From positions 294,270 to 358,269 of the IMG/VR virus record IMGVR_UViG_3300027759_006101: a stretch of 64,000 bases of DNA, one strand, 5' to 3'. This document shows, piece by piece, positions 36,318 through 47,600 of this stretch (position 1 is the stretch's first letter; each line of letters opens with the position of its first letter). A model generated the notes under the pieces. It ran no database searches. It was not told the origin of the DNA and worked only from the letters and a program-made list of their open reading frames with translations. The position numbers and the translations under genes are program-made.

Positions 36318-39287
36318 TTATTTTATACTTCCATAATGACCACTTAAGAATAAATTTCCTTTATATGAAATAGATGTCAATGGTCTAACTATGCCTAGTA
36401 GATCGTAGTTGCCAGATGAATCAAATATTTTTTTTCTTTCAAAAGCAACTTCTTCATTAAACCAAGATTCAGCATCAGATTTGTAATAAAATAACTTTGA
36501 TTGTCTATCGTTTGGATTATCAGAAATTTTGTCACTTACATATCCATCAGTGGCACAATATAGTGTTCCATCGTGGTAGGTAAATAACCTGATGCCTCCT
36601 GTAGATGGGAGAACGGCAGATAAGTTAAAATCAATTATTTTATTATCAACAGGAGCGTACTTTTGCCCAATTATGAATGAAATTTTTGAAAATCCAACCA
36701 AAGAATCACTCGCATCATTTCTTAATTTACCAAACTGAATGAATGGATGGTCGTGATCCCAAGAATTAGCTTCGGAATCAATATATTTAGGATTGTAAGT
36801 GTCAAGTTTGATAAAATTTTTCTTTTCTAAAAAAGGATCATTTTGTAGGCCAAGATAAATTTTAATATCTCTATCTTCTACTATGACTCTTATTTTTGAA
36901 AGTGAATTATTTATATCAAAAACATTTTCATCACTAATTATTTGTATCAAATCAATACAAATAATTTCAGGTCTTTGATTGTTCTCAGGCAATCCTACAA
37001 ATTCAATTGAAAGCTTACCAACTTTTCCTTGCCATATTGGCTTGATCGTGTAGTCAATATACTCATCAGATGTATGTATATTTGTTTCTGCATATTTATT
37101 GAATCCACCAGCGTTGAATGCCCAATAAGCTCTGATTTTGCCCAAATCTAATGACTGAGATTTGTTCTTTATCTTAATTCTAAGTTTTATTACTGTATTT
37201 AAGTCAACATTTAGATTTAAATTATCTATATCAATTGATGGATTTCCAGTAAGTGAAGGTGTAACTTTTAATATATATTTGTCATAAGCATTATTAAAAA
37301 TGTCATAATTTGTCTCTGTTTCAGCATCAAGTGATTCAATGAAATTTCTTGCAGTCCAAGATTGGGTATCAGCAGAAGCTATGCCTGAAGAAACAGCATA
37401 AAATTGCCAATTTTTTATAAGTCCTGTAGTAGTAAGATTTTTTGATACAGAATTATTACCAGAACTTAACACAAGTGTGTCTGTATTAAATTCAATAGAA
37501 TATTGACCATAAACATCAGCTATCTTAAACCCTTGATATCCTGAATGTGAATTGACTAAAATTTGTTCAGCACTATTCAGTCCTGGTTCATTTTTTAAAT
37601 CAGTAGAATCGTAAACTTCACTTTTTGAAAGATTGATAACTTCAGATTCGAAAGTGTATGATGGCTTGTAAAAATTATAATATCCTGTTGAAAGGAGATC
37701 GGTGTAATTGAGCAAATATCGATTGCCTAAGTTGACATAACCATTCTGGATATAAAAACCAATCTTTTCACTTCCAGAAAGAACATATCTATTTATGTTT
37801 ATGAGTGTTGGATCGTTATTAGCCCCATTGTAAACATAAATGCCATTTTGTATGCCATTTGTACCAGCACTTGTTTGGTCTTTCAACATAAATAAATCAT
37901 TCAAGACAAAGTCATATCCGTCTAATGATTCAAAATTATTCCAACTTGTAATTGCCTCAAAACTTGCTGCTTGAACATCAATGAAATCTTGGTCAGGCAA
38001 AATCTCTGCTAAGAGTTGCTCCCAATCTGATCCTTCTGAAATTTCAAAAAGTCTTGAGCCATATGCTGTTGATCCCGTACTAGTTTGTGTTGTGCCTTTT
38101 ATAACTAAGAAATCATCAAAACCCTTAGCATTGAGAAAATTAGGGAATCTTGCTATTGCTAAATTGTCATCATTTCTACTCAATGTATTATTATCATATG
38201 AATAGAATTGGGCAGGGGCTGGATCGTTTAAGAAAACTTCATCAAAATAAAAAGTTGTCCAATTTTCATTTAATGTAGGATTTGAAATTGGTATTTCAGA
38301 GTAAGACCAAACTTCAGATTTTTTATCGATACCAGCAAAGACTTGATTTTTTCCTACAGACAAACATCTAATTCCAAAATTAACAGGTTCGTAATCAGAA
38401 ATATTATTTGATATCAGATTTGTTGTTGACAATGATTCTACTTCAGTTTCCTTAACTATAACTTCTTCAGTAATCAAGTTAGTAGGTTGTGATAATGAAA
38501 CTGTTTTGGTTCTGCTGTACTTGTGAATTTTTTTGTCTAAACAACCTAAGAATAATTTATTGTATGCAGAAACCATAGACAAGATTCCACCTGAAGAAGA
38601 GGCTAATTCTCCTTGCGGGTAGACTTGCTCCCATTCTGATCCATTATAAGCAGTTGATAATTTAGCTCTAAATAATCTAGGTTTTGTATCTGATGCAACA
38701 TAAATATACTCTTCAGATTCGTGTTCAAACTTGTGTGAAACCATACAAGATGAACTTATATCGCTCGAATTATCTTGCAAAATAAAAATAGGGCCTCTTA
38801 CATATTCACCATCATAAAACCAAATTTTTCCTGAAATTCCAGCCAAATAAATTCCGTCGGTAGTTGAAACCATAGAAGTTATTGCTCTTTCATTTAGTTT
38901 TTCTAAATCAATAAGCTTATTAAATGAAATTAAGTTTGATGTATGGACACTTGCATAATACTTTTCAATTGTGACTGAAACATTTGTATTAGTTATTGCT
39001 GTATCAAAGACGAGATAACCATTATAATCATCAACACCATAAGATACATCTGAAGAGACATTTATTGTTATTTCATCCTGAGTTGATAATTTGTAAACTC
39101 TTCCTAAATCGTCCGAATTTGTACCAACAAGTTTAAATGCTGTTCCAGTAGCATATGATGAATCAAGACTGTCAACCAAAGAAACATTTGTAAATTTCTT
39201 TTTTGAAACACCAGAAAAATAAATTTTTTCTTCGGAATCATTTGGGCCTTTCCACAGACAGCTTGCAGTAAATAATGTTGCTATCAT
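36318..39287 (-). CDS. Virion protein with split beta-propeller and fibre module (989 aa)
   Basis: Blades AITSMVSTTDGIYLAG, ILSMVSAYNKLFLG, IRCLSVGKNQVFAG, then GIRLFTYHDGTLY near the C-terminus. Also LDGYDF...LKDQT...NGIY. ATGA-type overlap with the upstream gene. Confidence 0.78.
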   Translation of the reverse strand: MIATLFTASCLWKGPNDSEEKIYFSGVSKKKFTNVSLVDSLDSSYATGTAFKLVGTNSDDLGRVYKLSTQDEITINVSSDVSYGVDDYNGYLVFDTAITNTNVSVTIEKYYASVHTSNLISFNKLIDLEKLNERAITSMVSTTDGIYLAGISGKIWFYDGEYVRGPIFILQDNSSDISSSCMVSHKFEHESEEYIYVASDTKPRLFRAKLSTAYNGSEWEQVYPQGELASSSGGILSMVSAYNKLFLGCLDKKIHKYSRTKTVSLSQPTNLITEEVIVKETEVESLSTTNLISNNISDYEPVNFGIRCLSVGKNQVFAGIDKKSEVWSYSEIPISNPTLNENWTTFYFDEVFLNDPAPAQFYSYDNNTLSRNDDNLAIARFPNFLNAKGFDDFLVIKGTTQTSTGSTAYGSRLFEISEGSDWEQLLAEILPDQDFIDVQAASFEAITSWNNFESLDGYDFVLNDLFMLKDQTSAGTNGIQNGIYVYNGANNDPTLININRYVLSGSEKIGFYIQNGYVNLGNRYLLNYTDLLSTGYYNFYKPSYTFESEVINLSKSEVYDSTDLKNEPGLNSAEQILVNSHSGYQGFKIADVYGQYSIEFNTDTLVLSSGNNSVSKNLTTTGLIKNWQFYAVSSGIASADTQSWTARNFIESLDAETETNYDIFNNAYDKYILKVTPSLTGNPSIDIDNLNLNVDLNTVIKLRIKIKNKSQSLDLGKIRAYWAFNAGGFNKYAETNIHTSDEYIDYTIKPIWQGKVGKLSIEFVGLPENNQRPEIICIDLIQIISDENVFDINNSLSKIRVIVEDRDIKIYLGLQNDPFLEKKNFIKLDTYNPKYIDSEANSWDHDHPFIQFGKLRNDASDSLVGFSKISFIIGQKYAPVDNKIIDFNLSAVLPSTGGIRLFTYHDGTLYCATDGYVSDKISDNPNDRQSKLFYYKSDAESWFNEEVAFERKKIFDSSGNYDLLGIVRPLTSISYKGNLFLSGHYGSIK

Positions 39288-42200
39288 ACTTTAGGTCTCC
39301 TAATAACATCCCATTTATTTTCAGGCTGAGTAATATTATTTCCGAAATCTCTAAATTTTATTTCTATTTTTTTCACACCATCTGATTCACCTTCAAAAAT
39401 TACTGAAGCATAAGGAGTATAAGGTGTCCATTCTGACCATTCACCAGGTCCAGAGTCTAAAAGTCTTCTCACTGAAAAATCTTTGATTCCACTTACCAAA
39501 TCATAGCAATTCATTTTCAACCAAGCTTCTGGCAGATTGGTTATATTAGTTAATTGATTAGTTTTTGGATCATAAAAATCAGCGCCTCCAATTGGTGGCT
39601 GCGTGTCTACTAAAGCTTGAGAAGTTGCTACAAATGTTAATGGATTTGATTCACTGATATTACCCATATAATCCATAAGCTGTATCCAAACTTTTCTTTG
39701 TCCAGAATATCCAGATGTTTGTTTGATAAATGAAGTATGTTCAGGACCTAGAGGATAATAATTCAAATGTCCGTACAAATAAATAAAATATTTATTTTCT
39801 TCAGCAACAATAAATTTAGACCAAGGAAGCCAAGGAGTATAATTTATGAATGAATTATCAATTTCTTTTCCAACTCTAAAAGCTAAAATTCCACTTCCCA
39901 AATCTGTTGCTTGAATTGATATTTGAACCATTCTTAGCGTTGACTCTGTAGCGACTAAAGCTGTTGGATCAGAATTGCTATCTTGCGGTGCAGTAATATC
40001 TACTATTGCAACATCAGAATTTTTTGTTGCAAAGCTTGATATGTCATTATGTGATACAGAACGCACTCTGAAGTGCTGTGCATTTTTATCAGTTTGGTTT
40101 AGTTCTTTTTCTACATATCTACAATGAAGCTTGTGCCATAAATTTTTAGCCAATCTATGGCCTGATAAATCTCCATTGGTAATAAAATCATTCTCTTCAG
40201 TTTGTATACCGAAAGCTTTGCCTAATGAAGTACTGAATGGAAGTGTTATCCCAACCCAAATCTCATCACCTTGAGATAAAGAGCTCGACCAAGAATTTTC
40301 TGAAAGTTTTACTTGTACTAATTCGTTGTTGGTATTTATGTCAAATCCAGCAACATATGGATTGTAATTTACTGACAGCCAATCAGTGAGTGGATTGTCA
40401 TAATCTGCAACATCGCCATTGTTCTCAAAAAATCTCAAACGTACTTCATCATACTTGAAAGGCTTTTGATAATCTTTCCAATGCATTTTAAATTCAAACA
40501 GTTGGGGCTTAATTGATGAAACGAAACTAGAAATTTGTCCAACAGTTAATTTAGTAAAAAAAGTTGTCGAAAGAAATTTTTGAACTATTTCATCACCATC
40601 AGCAATATTAATCTTATGCCAATTTGTATTTTCGTTTATAGTTCCGCTTGAGCATCTAAATGGTACTCCCACGTCATAAGATTGCAGTGACCATCCAGAT
40701 ACAGATTTTTTGTAAACTCCATTTTCTTCTGCATTATATTGGTCTTTGACAAGCACAAGACTATTAATAGACAAATCTGGCAAACTAATTCCATCAATTG
40801 ACGATGTTGCAATATTTTCTATATCTAAATTTGCACCAGTTGTAACTGCTGATAAAACTGTAGGTGTAACACTAGTCTTACTAAAAGTTATTCCTGTAGA
40901 ACCTAAAATCATTGGGTCTGGCGTAATTAAATTCCAAGAAGTGCTAGCATTAGAACTACCCAGTGCAACTCTTACCAAGCTTCCATTATATAAATCTGCG
41001 CTTGAATCCATCTCTGAAACTCTCGCAAGTCTCCAAGATGTGGTAGCAGTTCCAACTCTGGAAAGTTGATACACACCATTTTGGATTGGATTTAATTGAT
41101 CTTTTACTAAAATATAATCTGACAATGATGTTATAGAACTACCATCTACGAACAATGTTGTTGCAGAACCGCTTGTTAAAACATTTGATGAATAACTAGG
41201 ACTATTAGGTAAAGTTGTCCCTGTTCCATAAGAAGCATCCAAAGTTAATTTTGGAATGTTCAACAAAGATGAATAGCTAAAAGATTCAAAATCTGTTGAA
41301 CCACTCAAGAGTTTTTGTCCAAGATAATGTTTATTGTTAGCAATGGCTTCATCTGATAACAAAAATGTTTTTACTGAAGAATCATTGTCAAATTGCTCTT
41401 TATAAAAATTTGGAATACCAGAATATTTAATAGAATAAATTTTGTTTGAAATATTTGTAAAAGAACTCTCTCTAACACCAACAGATGCAAAGTAACCTAA
41501 ACCTGAAGAATTCTGATCCATTGACAAATAAAGATTAGAAACACCTACAACATTTATTCCAGAGCCTGAAAGTTCCTTGACAACTAAATATGTAGCGTTA
41601 TTAGTTTGTTGCTTATATCTTCCAGCAAAAGAAGATGGTACTTGATCTGTAATTTCTATAAGATATTTAACTTTAGAGCTTGTTGGTTGATATGACCTAA
41701 GTATTTGCTTTCTTAGTTTATTATCAGAAGTTCTGTAGTAAACAGATATTTCTTTTTTATCACCACTAAAATTAACCAATACTGTAGGTGCATCAATAGG
41801 AGCATCTGTATAAATTGAACCTTCTTCACATCTACAAGCTAAAGGTCTGTCCCATAAAACAGTGAGATTATTTTCATTGTGTGAACGATAAGAAGACACT
41901 GTGCTGAATGCAACATAAAAATCATCAGAACCGTGCACAAAAGAAACTTCTAAGGCTGTTCTATTACTGAAGGATGGCTTATACATTTGAAGCTCATAAG
42001 TTGCCGGTATTGTGTAAGCGCTAGTCGCATCTAATTTTTGAATTTCAATATATTCAGTGTAGGCTGTTTTGCTTACAGTCAAACCATTTTGAGCATCAGT
42101 AAGGTAAATAAACTCTTCATTTTCATAATCTGTCCACGAGTAATTTATGTCAACTACTGGGGCATTGACCACAGACACATCATCAAAAGTACAATCACCC

Positions 42201-43636
42201 AAATCAACAGATAACTTTGATTTTCCTTGAGCTAAAAATAATTCATCTAAAATTATTCCACCATTATATGTACTGCCTGTAGCTTGAGATATCTGATATC
42301 CAAAAGCGCTTCCTACAGATGAACTGCCAAAAGAAGTTAAGAGTGAATTACCCAGCAAGTAACTTTTTCTAGATTCTTGTGATTGGTCTGTGTTTGGCGT
42401 GTAATAAGCTTCGACAAAACATAAATTTGTACTTCCCAAAGAAGAATAGTACATTTCCATCACACCACCAGACTGTAATAGTGGAAGTAAACTATGAGGA
42501 AGATTCGTTATTTGTTTAGAAGCGCTATCACTTCCATTTTGCCTTGTATATAAATATGAGATTGGACGAGAATTATTAGGTATATCAATTCGGCAAACTA
42601 TTTCATTTCCGTTTGCGCTAGTATCAGGTGCTGCATAAAGTTTTAGATAAGCTTGGGATGTAACAGCTATTCCACTTGTAGTAAATGAAAATCCAGCTTG
42701 AGTGTAAAAATCTGTTTTGCCCGAAGAAGGAATCAATTTAGTTTTTGAATATGCTATAATTCCTCTGCTATACTCAAACCCTGTTAAACCAACACTGGCT
42801 CCAAGAGTTATGGAGAAAGCACTGTAATTTCCATCGTACTGCTTATAGGTTGTAAGAGAAGTAGAAGCAATTGAGGCTGTTGGTATTAAATTTCTTCTTA
42901 CGGTTGAATTTGCAGTGTAGGCATCAGAAGTCCCACCTGTATTAGAAATTTCATAAATTGAGCCTAAATATCGAGCAATTCCTGGTTTTTCAGTTTGCGT
43001 AGATACTTGATTACCAGATACAAATGTAAGTAATGTATTTTTGCCAGTATATCCAATTTTACCACTAGTTATCTCTGGAAAATCTGGATTTACAGGTAGT
43101 TGTCCTTCCCATAAAATTTGATCAAAGATTCCATAACCCATAGGATATTCAATGTCACTTCCATTTGGGCCCTCTAGAATAGCTTTCATATACACAGTAG
43201 AAAGACCACCATTGGCACTTAACGGCCAATTGTAAATCTTAAATAAGCCTGTGCCTCCAGCAGTTGGATTTGACATTGTGCCTTGTGTCAGGGTGTTGTC
43301 AAAGAAAAAAAGCGGATTGAAAGTATATTCATAATCATATTCTGGATCAAACACATATGATGATGAAGGAAAATTATTGATAGCAATTGTTGTGGCTGGA
43401 TCAAATTCTTTATCATTTGACAGATAGAGAATTTTGATTCTTCTTGGGAACACGATTTGCCTTGAAGCACTATCACGCACTTCAAATCCAAATACCAATG
43501 TGTTTTTATTGTTATCTAGATTTGGGTCTTTAGAAAAGGAGTTATTGGTGTAAGTTTGACCAGAATTAATGAATTCAGATTGTAAATATCCGCTTGTTAA
43601 ATTGTCAGGTAAAATTACTGATACGTTATATGGCAC
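39284..43636 (-). CDS. Large virion protein with two fibre modules and C-terminal Ig-like repeats (1450 aa)
   Basis: GTG start after GTGGTGGA. Two VKDQ...NGVY modules (about 40610-41160). C-terminal D.TAP/DTQPP...A.D..SG....W.PW/Y...D..GN repeats. Confidence 0.78.
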   Translation of the reverse strand: MPYNVSVILPDNLTSGYLQSEFINSGQTYTNNSFSKDPNLDNNKNTLVFGFEVRDSASRQIVFPRRIKILYLSNDKEFDPATTIAINNFPSSSYVFDPEYDYEYTFNPLFFFDNTLTQGTMSNPTAGGTGLFKIYNWPLSANGGLSTVYMKAILEGPNGSDIEYPMGYGIFDQILWEGQLPVNPDFPEITSGKIGYTGKNTLLTFVSGNQVSTQTEKPGIARYLGSIYEISNTGGTSDAYTANSTVRRNLIPTASIASTSLTTYKQYDGNYSAFSITLGASVGLTGFEYSRGIIAYSKTKLIPSSGKTDFYTQAGFSFTTSGIAVTSQAYLKLYAAPDTSANGNEIVCRIDIPNNSRPISYLYTRQNGSDSASKQITNLPHSLLPLLQSGGVMEMYYSSLGSTNLCFVEAYYTPNTDQSQESRKSYLLGNSLLTSFGSSSVGSAFGYQISQATGSTYNGGIILDELFLAQGKSKLSVDLGDCTFDDVSVVNAPVVDINYSWTDYENEEFIYLTDAQNGLTVSKTAYTEYIEIQKLDATSAYTIPATYELQMYKPSFSNRTALEVSFVHGSDDFYVAFSTVSSYRSHNENNLTVLWDRPLACRCEEGSIYTDAPIDAPTVLVNFSGDKKEISVYYRTSDNKLRKQILRSYQPTSSKVKYLIEITDQVPSSFAGRYKQQTNNATYLVVKELSGSGINVVGVSNLYLSMDQNSSGLGYFASVGVRESSFTNISNKIYSIKYSGIPNFYKEQFDNDSSVKTFLLSDEAIANNKHYLGQKLLSGSTDFESFSYSSLLNIPKLTLDASYGTGTTLPNSPSYSSNVLTSGSATTLFVDGSSITSLSDYILVKDQLNPIQNGVYQLSRVGTATTSWRLARVSEMDSSADLYNGSLVRVALGSSNASTSWNLITPDPMILGSTGITFSKTSVTPTVLSAVTTGANLDIENIATSSIDGISLPDLSINSLVLVKDQYNAEENGVYKKSVSGWSLQSYDVGVPFRCSSGTINENTNWHKINIADGDEIVQKFLSTTFFTKLTVGQISSFVSSIKPQLFEFKMHWKDYQKPFKYDEVRLRFFENNGDVADYDNPLTDWLSVNYNPYVAGFDINTNNELVQVKLSENSWSSSLSQGDEIWVGITLPFSTSLGKAFGIQTEENDFITNGDLSGHRLAKNLWHKLHCRYVEKELNQTDKNAQHFRVRSVSHNDISSFATKNSDVAIVDITAPQDSNSDPTALVATESTLRMVQISIQATDLGSGILAFRVGKEIDNSFINYTPWLPWSKFIVAEENKYFIYLYGHLNYYPLGPEHTSFIKQTSGYSGQRKVWIQLMDYMGNISESNPLTFVATSQALVDTQPPIGGADFYDPKTNQLTNITNLPEAWLKMNCYDLVSGIKDFSVRRLLDSGPGEWSEWTPYTPYASVIFEGESDGVKKIEIKFRDFGNNITQPENKWDVIRRPKV

Positions 43637-43696
43637 CTTGATCCACCACTGTCAGAGATTACTTAAAATATTCTTATCCAGCAGCTCAATAACCTA

Positions 43697-44659
43697 TTAT
43701 ATTGAAAAATCAAACTGGAAAGGTAATGATTTTTGTACAGTTAATGGACAATGAATGTCAAAGTACATAAAACCATCAACATAATCAATGTTATTGTAAG
43801 TGCCTTGTCTATAAAAAGTATACGAGCCTGAGTAGACAGATATGTTATTAGTCGTGTCTTTTGACACAAAATATATATCTTCATAAGAAGCAACTTTAAC
43901 TGTGTCTAAACCATTTGGCAAATAAACTTTCAATTGTAAATTAGTTGACAAATCACCTGAAGACAATGCGCTTTCAAGTATTTGATTGCAAATTATTTTG
44001 AAATAAATTGTTTTAGAATCTGGACCATTTCCTGAATTATAGTAGTCAATGTCATCTGCAGTAGAATTATCATTTACAACAGATGGCACAGTAGATATAA
44101 TAGGATTTCCCTGTCTAATTGGCCTCGGTGTAGAAAATTCTGCATCATCGAAAATACCGATTGAGAATTCTGGCATTTTTGAAGTTTCATCTATCAGAAA
44201 TGGATTTGTTATATTAAATGCTTCAAAGCTTTTAGATTTAAATTGTCTGTCAAAATTTTCATTCTTATATAATTTTATAGAATGATATCCTTCTGAAAGA
44301 GCAACTATAATTTTACTTGAAGAATCAAAGCTAAAACTTGTATTGATGAAATCAAGAACATAGATACCATCTCCAGCAGTGAAGCGTAAGTAATCTTTTT
44401 CAATATCAAAAATTGACTCTACTTTTAATTCAAAAGTAATAAATTGTAAATATTTAGCTGCTTTTGTAAAATTGATTTCAAGTTTATCTAATTGAGAATT
44501 TATTGAAACTTCTGCATTTTTAAATAATTTGAAAGCAACAGTTTCAGAATTTTCACTTATGAGAAAATTTTTATCTGATGAAAAAAATTCTAATGAAAAA
44601 ATATTTTCATTATCTTGGATTTTTACTTGAGCTTTATTTTCTACTACACTTATGTTCAT
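43697..44659 (-). CDS. Hypothetical beta-rich protein in the virion block (320 aa)
   Basis: ATG 3 nt from the upstream stop; beta-strand pattern; no family recognised. Confidence 0.7.
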   Translation of the reverse strand: MNISVVENKAQVKIQDNENIFSLEFFSSDKNFLISENSETVAFKLFKNAEVSINSQLDKLEINFTKAAKYLQFITFELKVESIFDIEKDYLRFTAGDGIYVLDFINTSFSFDSSSKIIVALSEGYHSIKLYKNENFDRQFKSKSFEAFNITNPFLIDETSKMPEFSIGIFDDAEFSTPRPIRQGNPIISTVPSVVNDNSTADDIDYYNSGNGPDSKTIYFKIICNQILESALSSGDLSTNLQLKVYLPNGLDTVKVASYEDIYFVSKDTTNNISVYSGSYTFYRQGTYNNIDYVDGFMYFDIHCPLTVQKSLPFQFDFSI

Positions 44660-44662
44660 AAT

Positions 44663-47600
44663 TTATTCCGAAATCAAAATAGTATCATTTCCAGCAATTC
44701 TTAATCCTTTAGGGTGAAACAACTCATTGTTATCTCCCCAAGTTGCCAAAATTGTTCCAGATGTATTTACTAAATGCAGACGTGAATTTGCTCCAAAACT
44801 TATTACATCATCAGTCAATACATAAAAGTTTGAATAATCTGTTGAAGGACCAGGTAACGCCTTAACAACATCATTATTGAATGTCAACTTAGTTTCTATA
44901 AAGCCATTTGTAATATTATAAACTTGAAGCTTTCCTGTATCATTACTGTCAACTGCAGGACTGCCTAATAAAACTTTATTGCTACCCATTTGATAGGCAG
45001 AACCAACCTTATTATCATAGTACTTCACAATGTCTGAAGTAATAGCCCAATTTAAATCCAAATCATCATTGTCTACCAACGATAAAACTGAATCTGAATG
45101 AGGTTGTGATAAGACTATATGATTGTCATTTTCTACATACTGAACAGACAATGGATTATAAATATTCTTATAATAAATCGGTCCTTTTAGCAAATCAAGT
45201 TGAATATCATCTTCTTGATTATTTGGACCATACATCTTAGTAAGAGAAACTTCTCCGTCACCATTGTAGTCAGTTACTGAAGAAACTGTTTGAGAGGTTG
45301 AACTTATTCCTATCGCTGTAGTCACAGTCCCACTGAAAGATGTTGAAATTCCAGCATAAAATTGCTGAGTTCTGTTAATATCTGAAACTGTTGACTGAGG
45401 AATAGTTGCACTCAAAATATCTGTGGAATTTATAGACGGGCCAGAATTAGTAAAGCTTCCTCTGTCTAATCTAATTTTTCTTAAACTTGAATTAGCTAAA
45501 GCAGATGAAAGAGTTCTGCCTTCTACTGTATTCTGAATATTTATTACAAATGTAGAGCTATTTCCAGAAATAGGTTCTACATATTCAGTTGTCAATCTTG
45601 TATCATCGGCTCTTACAGTTATGTTGTCATAGACTATAAATATTTTTGTCAAATCTTCAAAAGATATATTTTGAGAAAAAGCAATAAATATTTTTCTAGT
45701 GACAGGATTGAAAGTTGCGGATAAAGCTACAAAATCTCTAGACTGTAATCGCAATCTAATATTTCCCTGAATGACTTTAGTAAAATTACCATTTATATCA
45801 GTAATTACAATTCTGTCATTAAGTGTGTCACAAATTACATTACCACCATTATTCAAGGCTTGATAGTCTTTAGGAGTATTGAAGCCGTAAGAAGTGGATT
45901 TATTGAATATTTGCACAGGAGTTAAATATCCAGCCAATGTAGAGTTATCAATTCCATCTTCTACTGTAGTTTCAACTCTAAGATTTGTGGCTGAAATAAG
46001 TGTATTATTTCTAAGATAAACCCAATTTCCAACCTTGCTTGTATCATAAATTGACAGATAATTTGTATTGTCAGGATTTGTAGTACCATATCCGATGTTT
46101 TTAACGCTATATGCATCAGATACCCAACCAAATTTATTTATGCTTGTGTCTGTTAAGTTTCTGTCATAAATTCTAGATGTTGCAGTACCTACAGCAGAAT
46201 AATTTACTCTTATATTACTAAAAGTTGGAGTAAGGTTTTGGTTTTCATTTGAATAAACTGAAAAAAGCAAATCAAAATATCTACCAACACTACTGTTGGT
46301 GTTAGGAGTAACTGTTATAACATCAGATTCATTGACTGTTCTGACATTATAAAATACTTCTGAACTTGTATTAGTTCTTGACTTTAAAGTATACTTTGTA
46401 CCTGAAGGAAGGTCTACTTCATAAGAAACTTGGTTATATTGTGTCGTGACATCACCTGAATCAAATCTAAATAAGAAATTTGCATTTTTATATGTATACA
46501 AATCATTCCAAGTAAATAAAGAAGAAGTTGTTCCAAGTGCAGAACGTCTTGACTCAATCAAGTTATCTAAATTATTGTCTGGATTTATTTGTGACTCGCT
46601 TGGAGTGAGCAATTCAAACTTAACTTGTTTATCAGCTGTCCAACCCTGATCAGTTGCAAAATAAAAACCATAACCTAAAACAGATTTTATTAAGCTATTA
46701 TCGCCGAAATCAGATAAATTAAAGCTTTGGTATGTTGCTGTTGAACCAGATGAACCATATGTCTCATCATCAAATATTTTCTTGTTTGTTACTGGAGAAA
46801 TGTATATTGATGTTGTTGCTGTTCCAGTGTTAGGGGCAAATTCAATTTTCTCATCTGTAGATAGATTTGGATCAGAAGCTCCAGTTCCTACAACCAAATA
46901 CATATAAATTTTTCCTAAAGCTGCTCCTGTTTCTCCAAGCCCAGCTGAAAACCCTATACCAATTTTTGAGTTGTATTCTAGTGAGACAGGACTATCAAAA
47001 AGCTTAAATGCATATAAGCCAGTATCTACTTTTAGTTTGTTGGAATCGTATGAGTTTGTAAATATCAAACCAGTACTCCAGCTATCGGTGGTGCTGAAAA
47101 TACTAGCTGAAGGGACAGCCAAAGTTCGATAATTTATGGGAGTGTCAATACTAAAACTACCAGTTGTAGCTGACCCAGCAATTGCCACATTATTATAGTA
47201 TGAATATAAAGTAGAACCTATAGAAGAGGCTATGATTCTAGCTTGATTGAGTTCTGTCAATGTTACATATGTTTTGTCAGACACAAAAGTGCTTGTAGAA
47301 ACACTGTTGCTTATTCCATTACCAGAAGCCCAAGGAGCATTATTGTATACAGTAGCAAGAGCATATTTACTAGGTGCGCCAGTTGTTATTGCAAAACCTG
47401 CGCTGTTACCAGTTGACGAATTGCCATTGTTATTTGGAAATATACCTGGTACATATACAATAGTATTGATTTGGGTTGAATCTATATGTGAATATCCCGT
47501 TCCAGACTGTTTCTTTAAAGCTATAAGCATTTGTAATCTATTTGCTATAGAAAGTTCTGACAGTGTGTTTGATGAACTGTCAGAAGTATAATTAAGCAAT

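Noticed and set aside
43637-43699. Possible read-through fusion of the in-frame 320-aa and 1450-aa genes
   Set aside because: The spacer contains TAA, TAG and TGA in that frame, and an SD-like GTGGTGGA precedes the GTG start.
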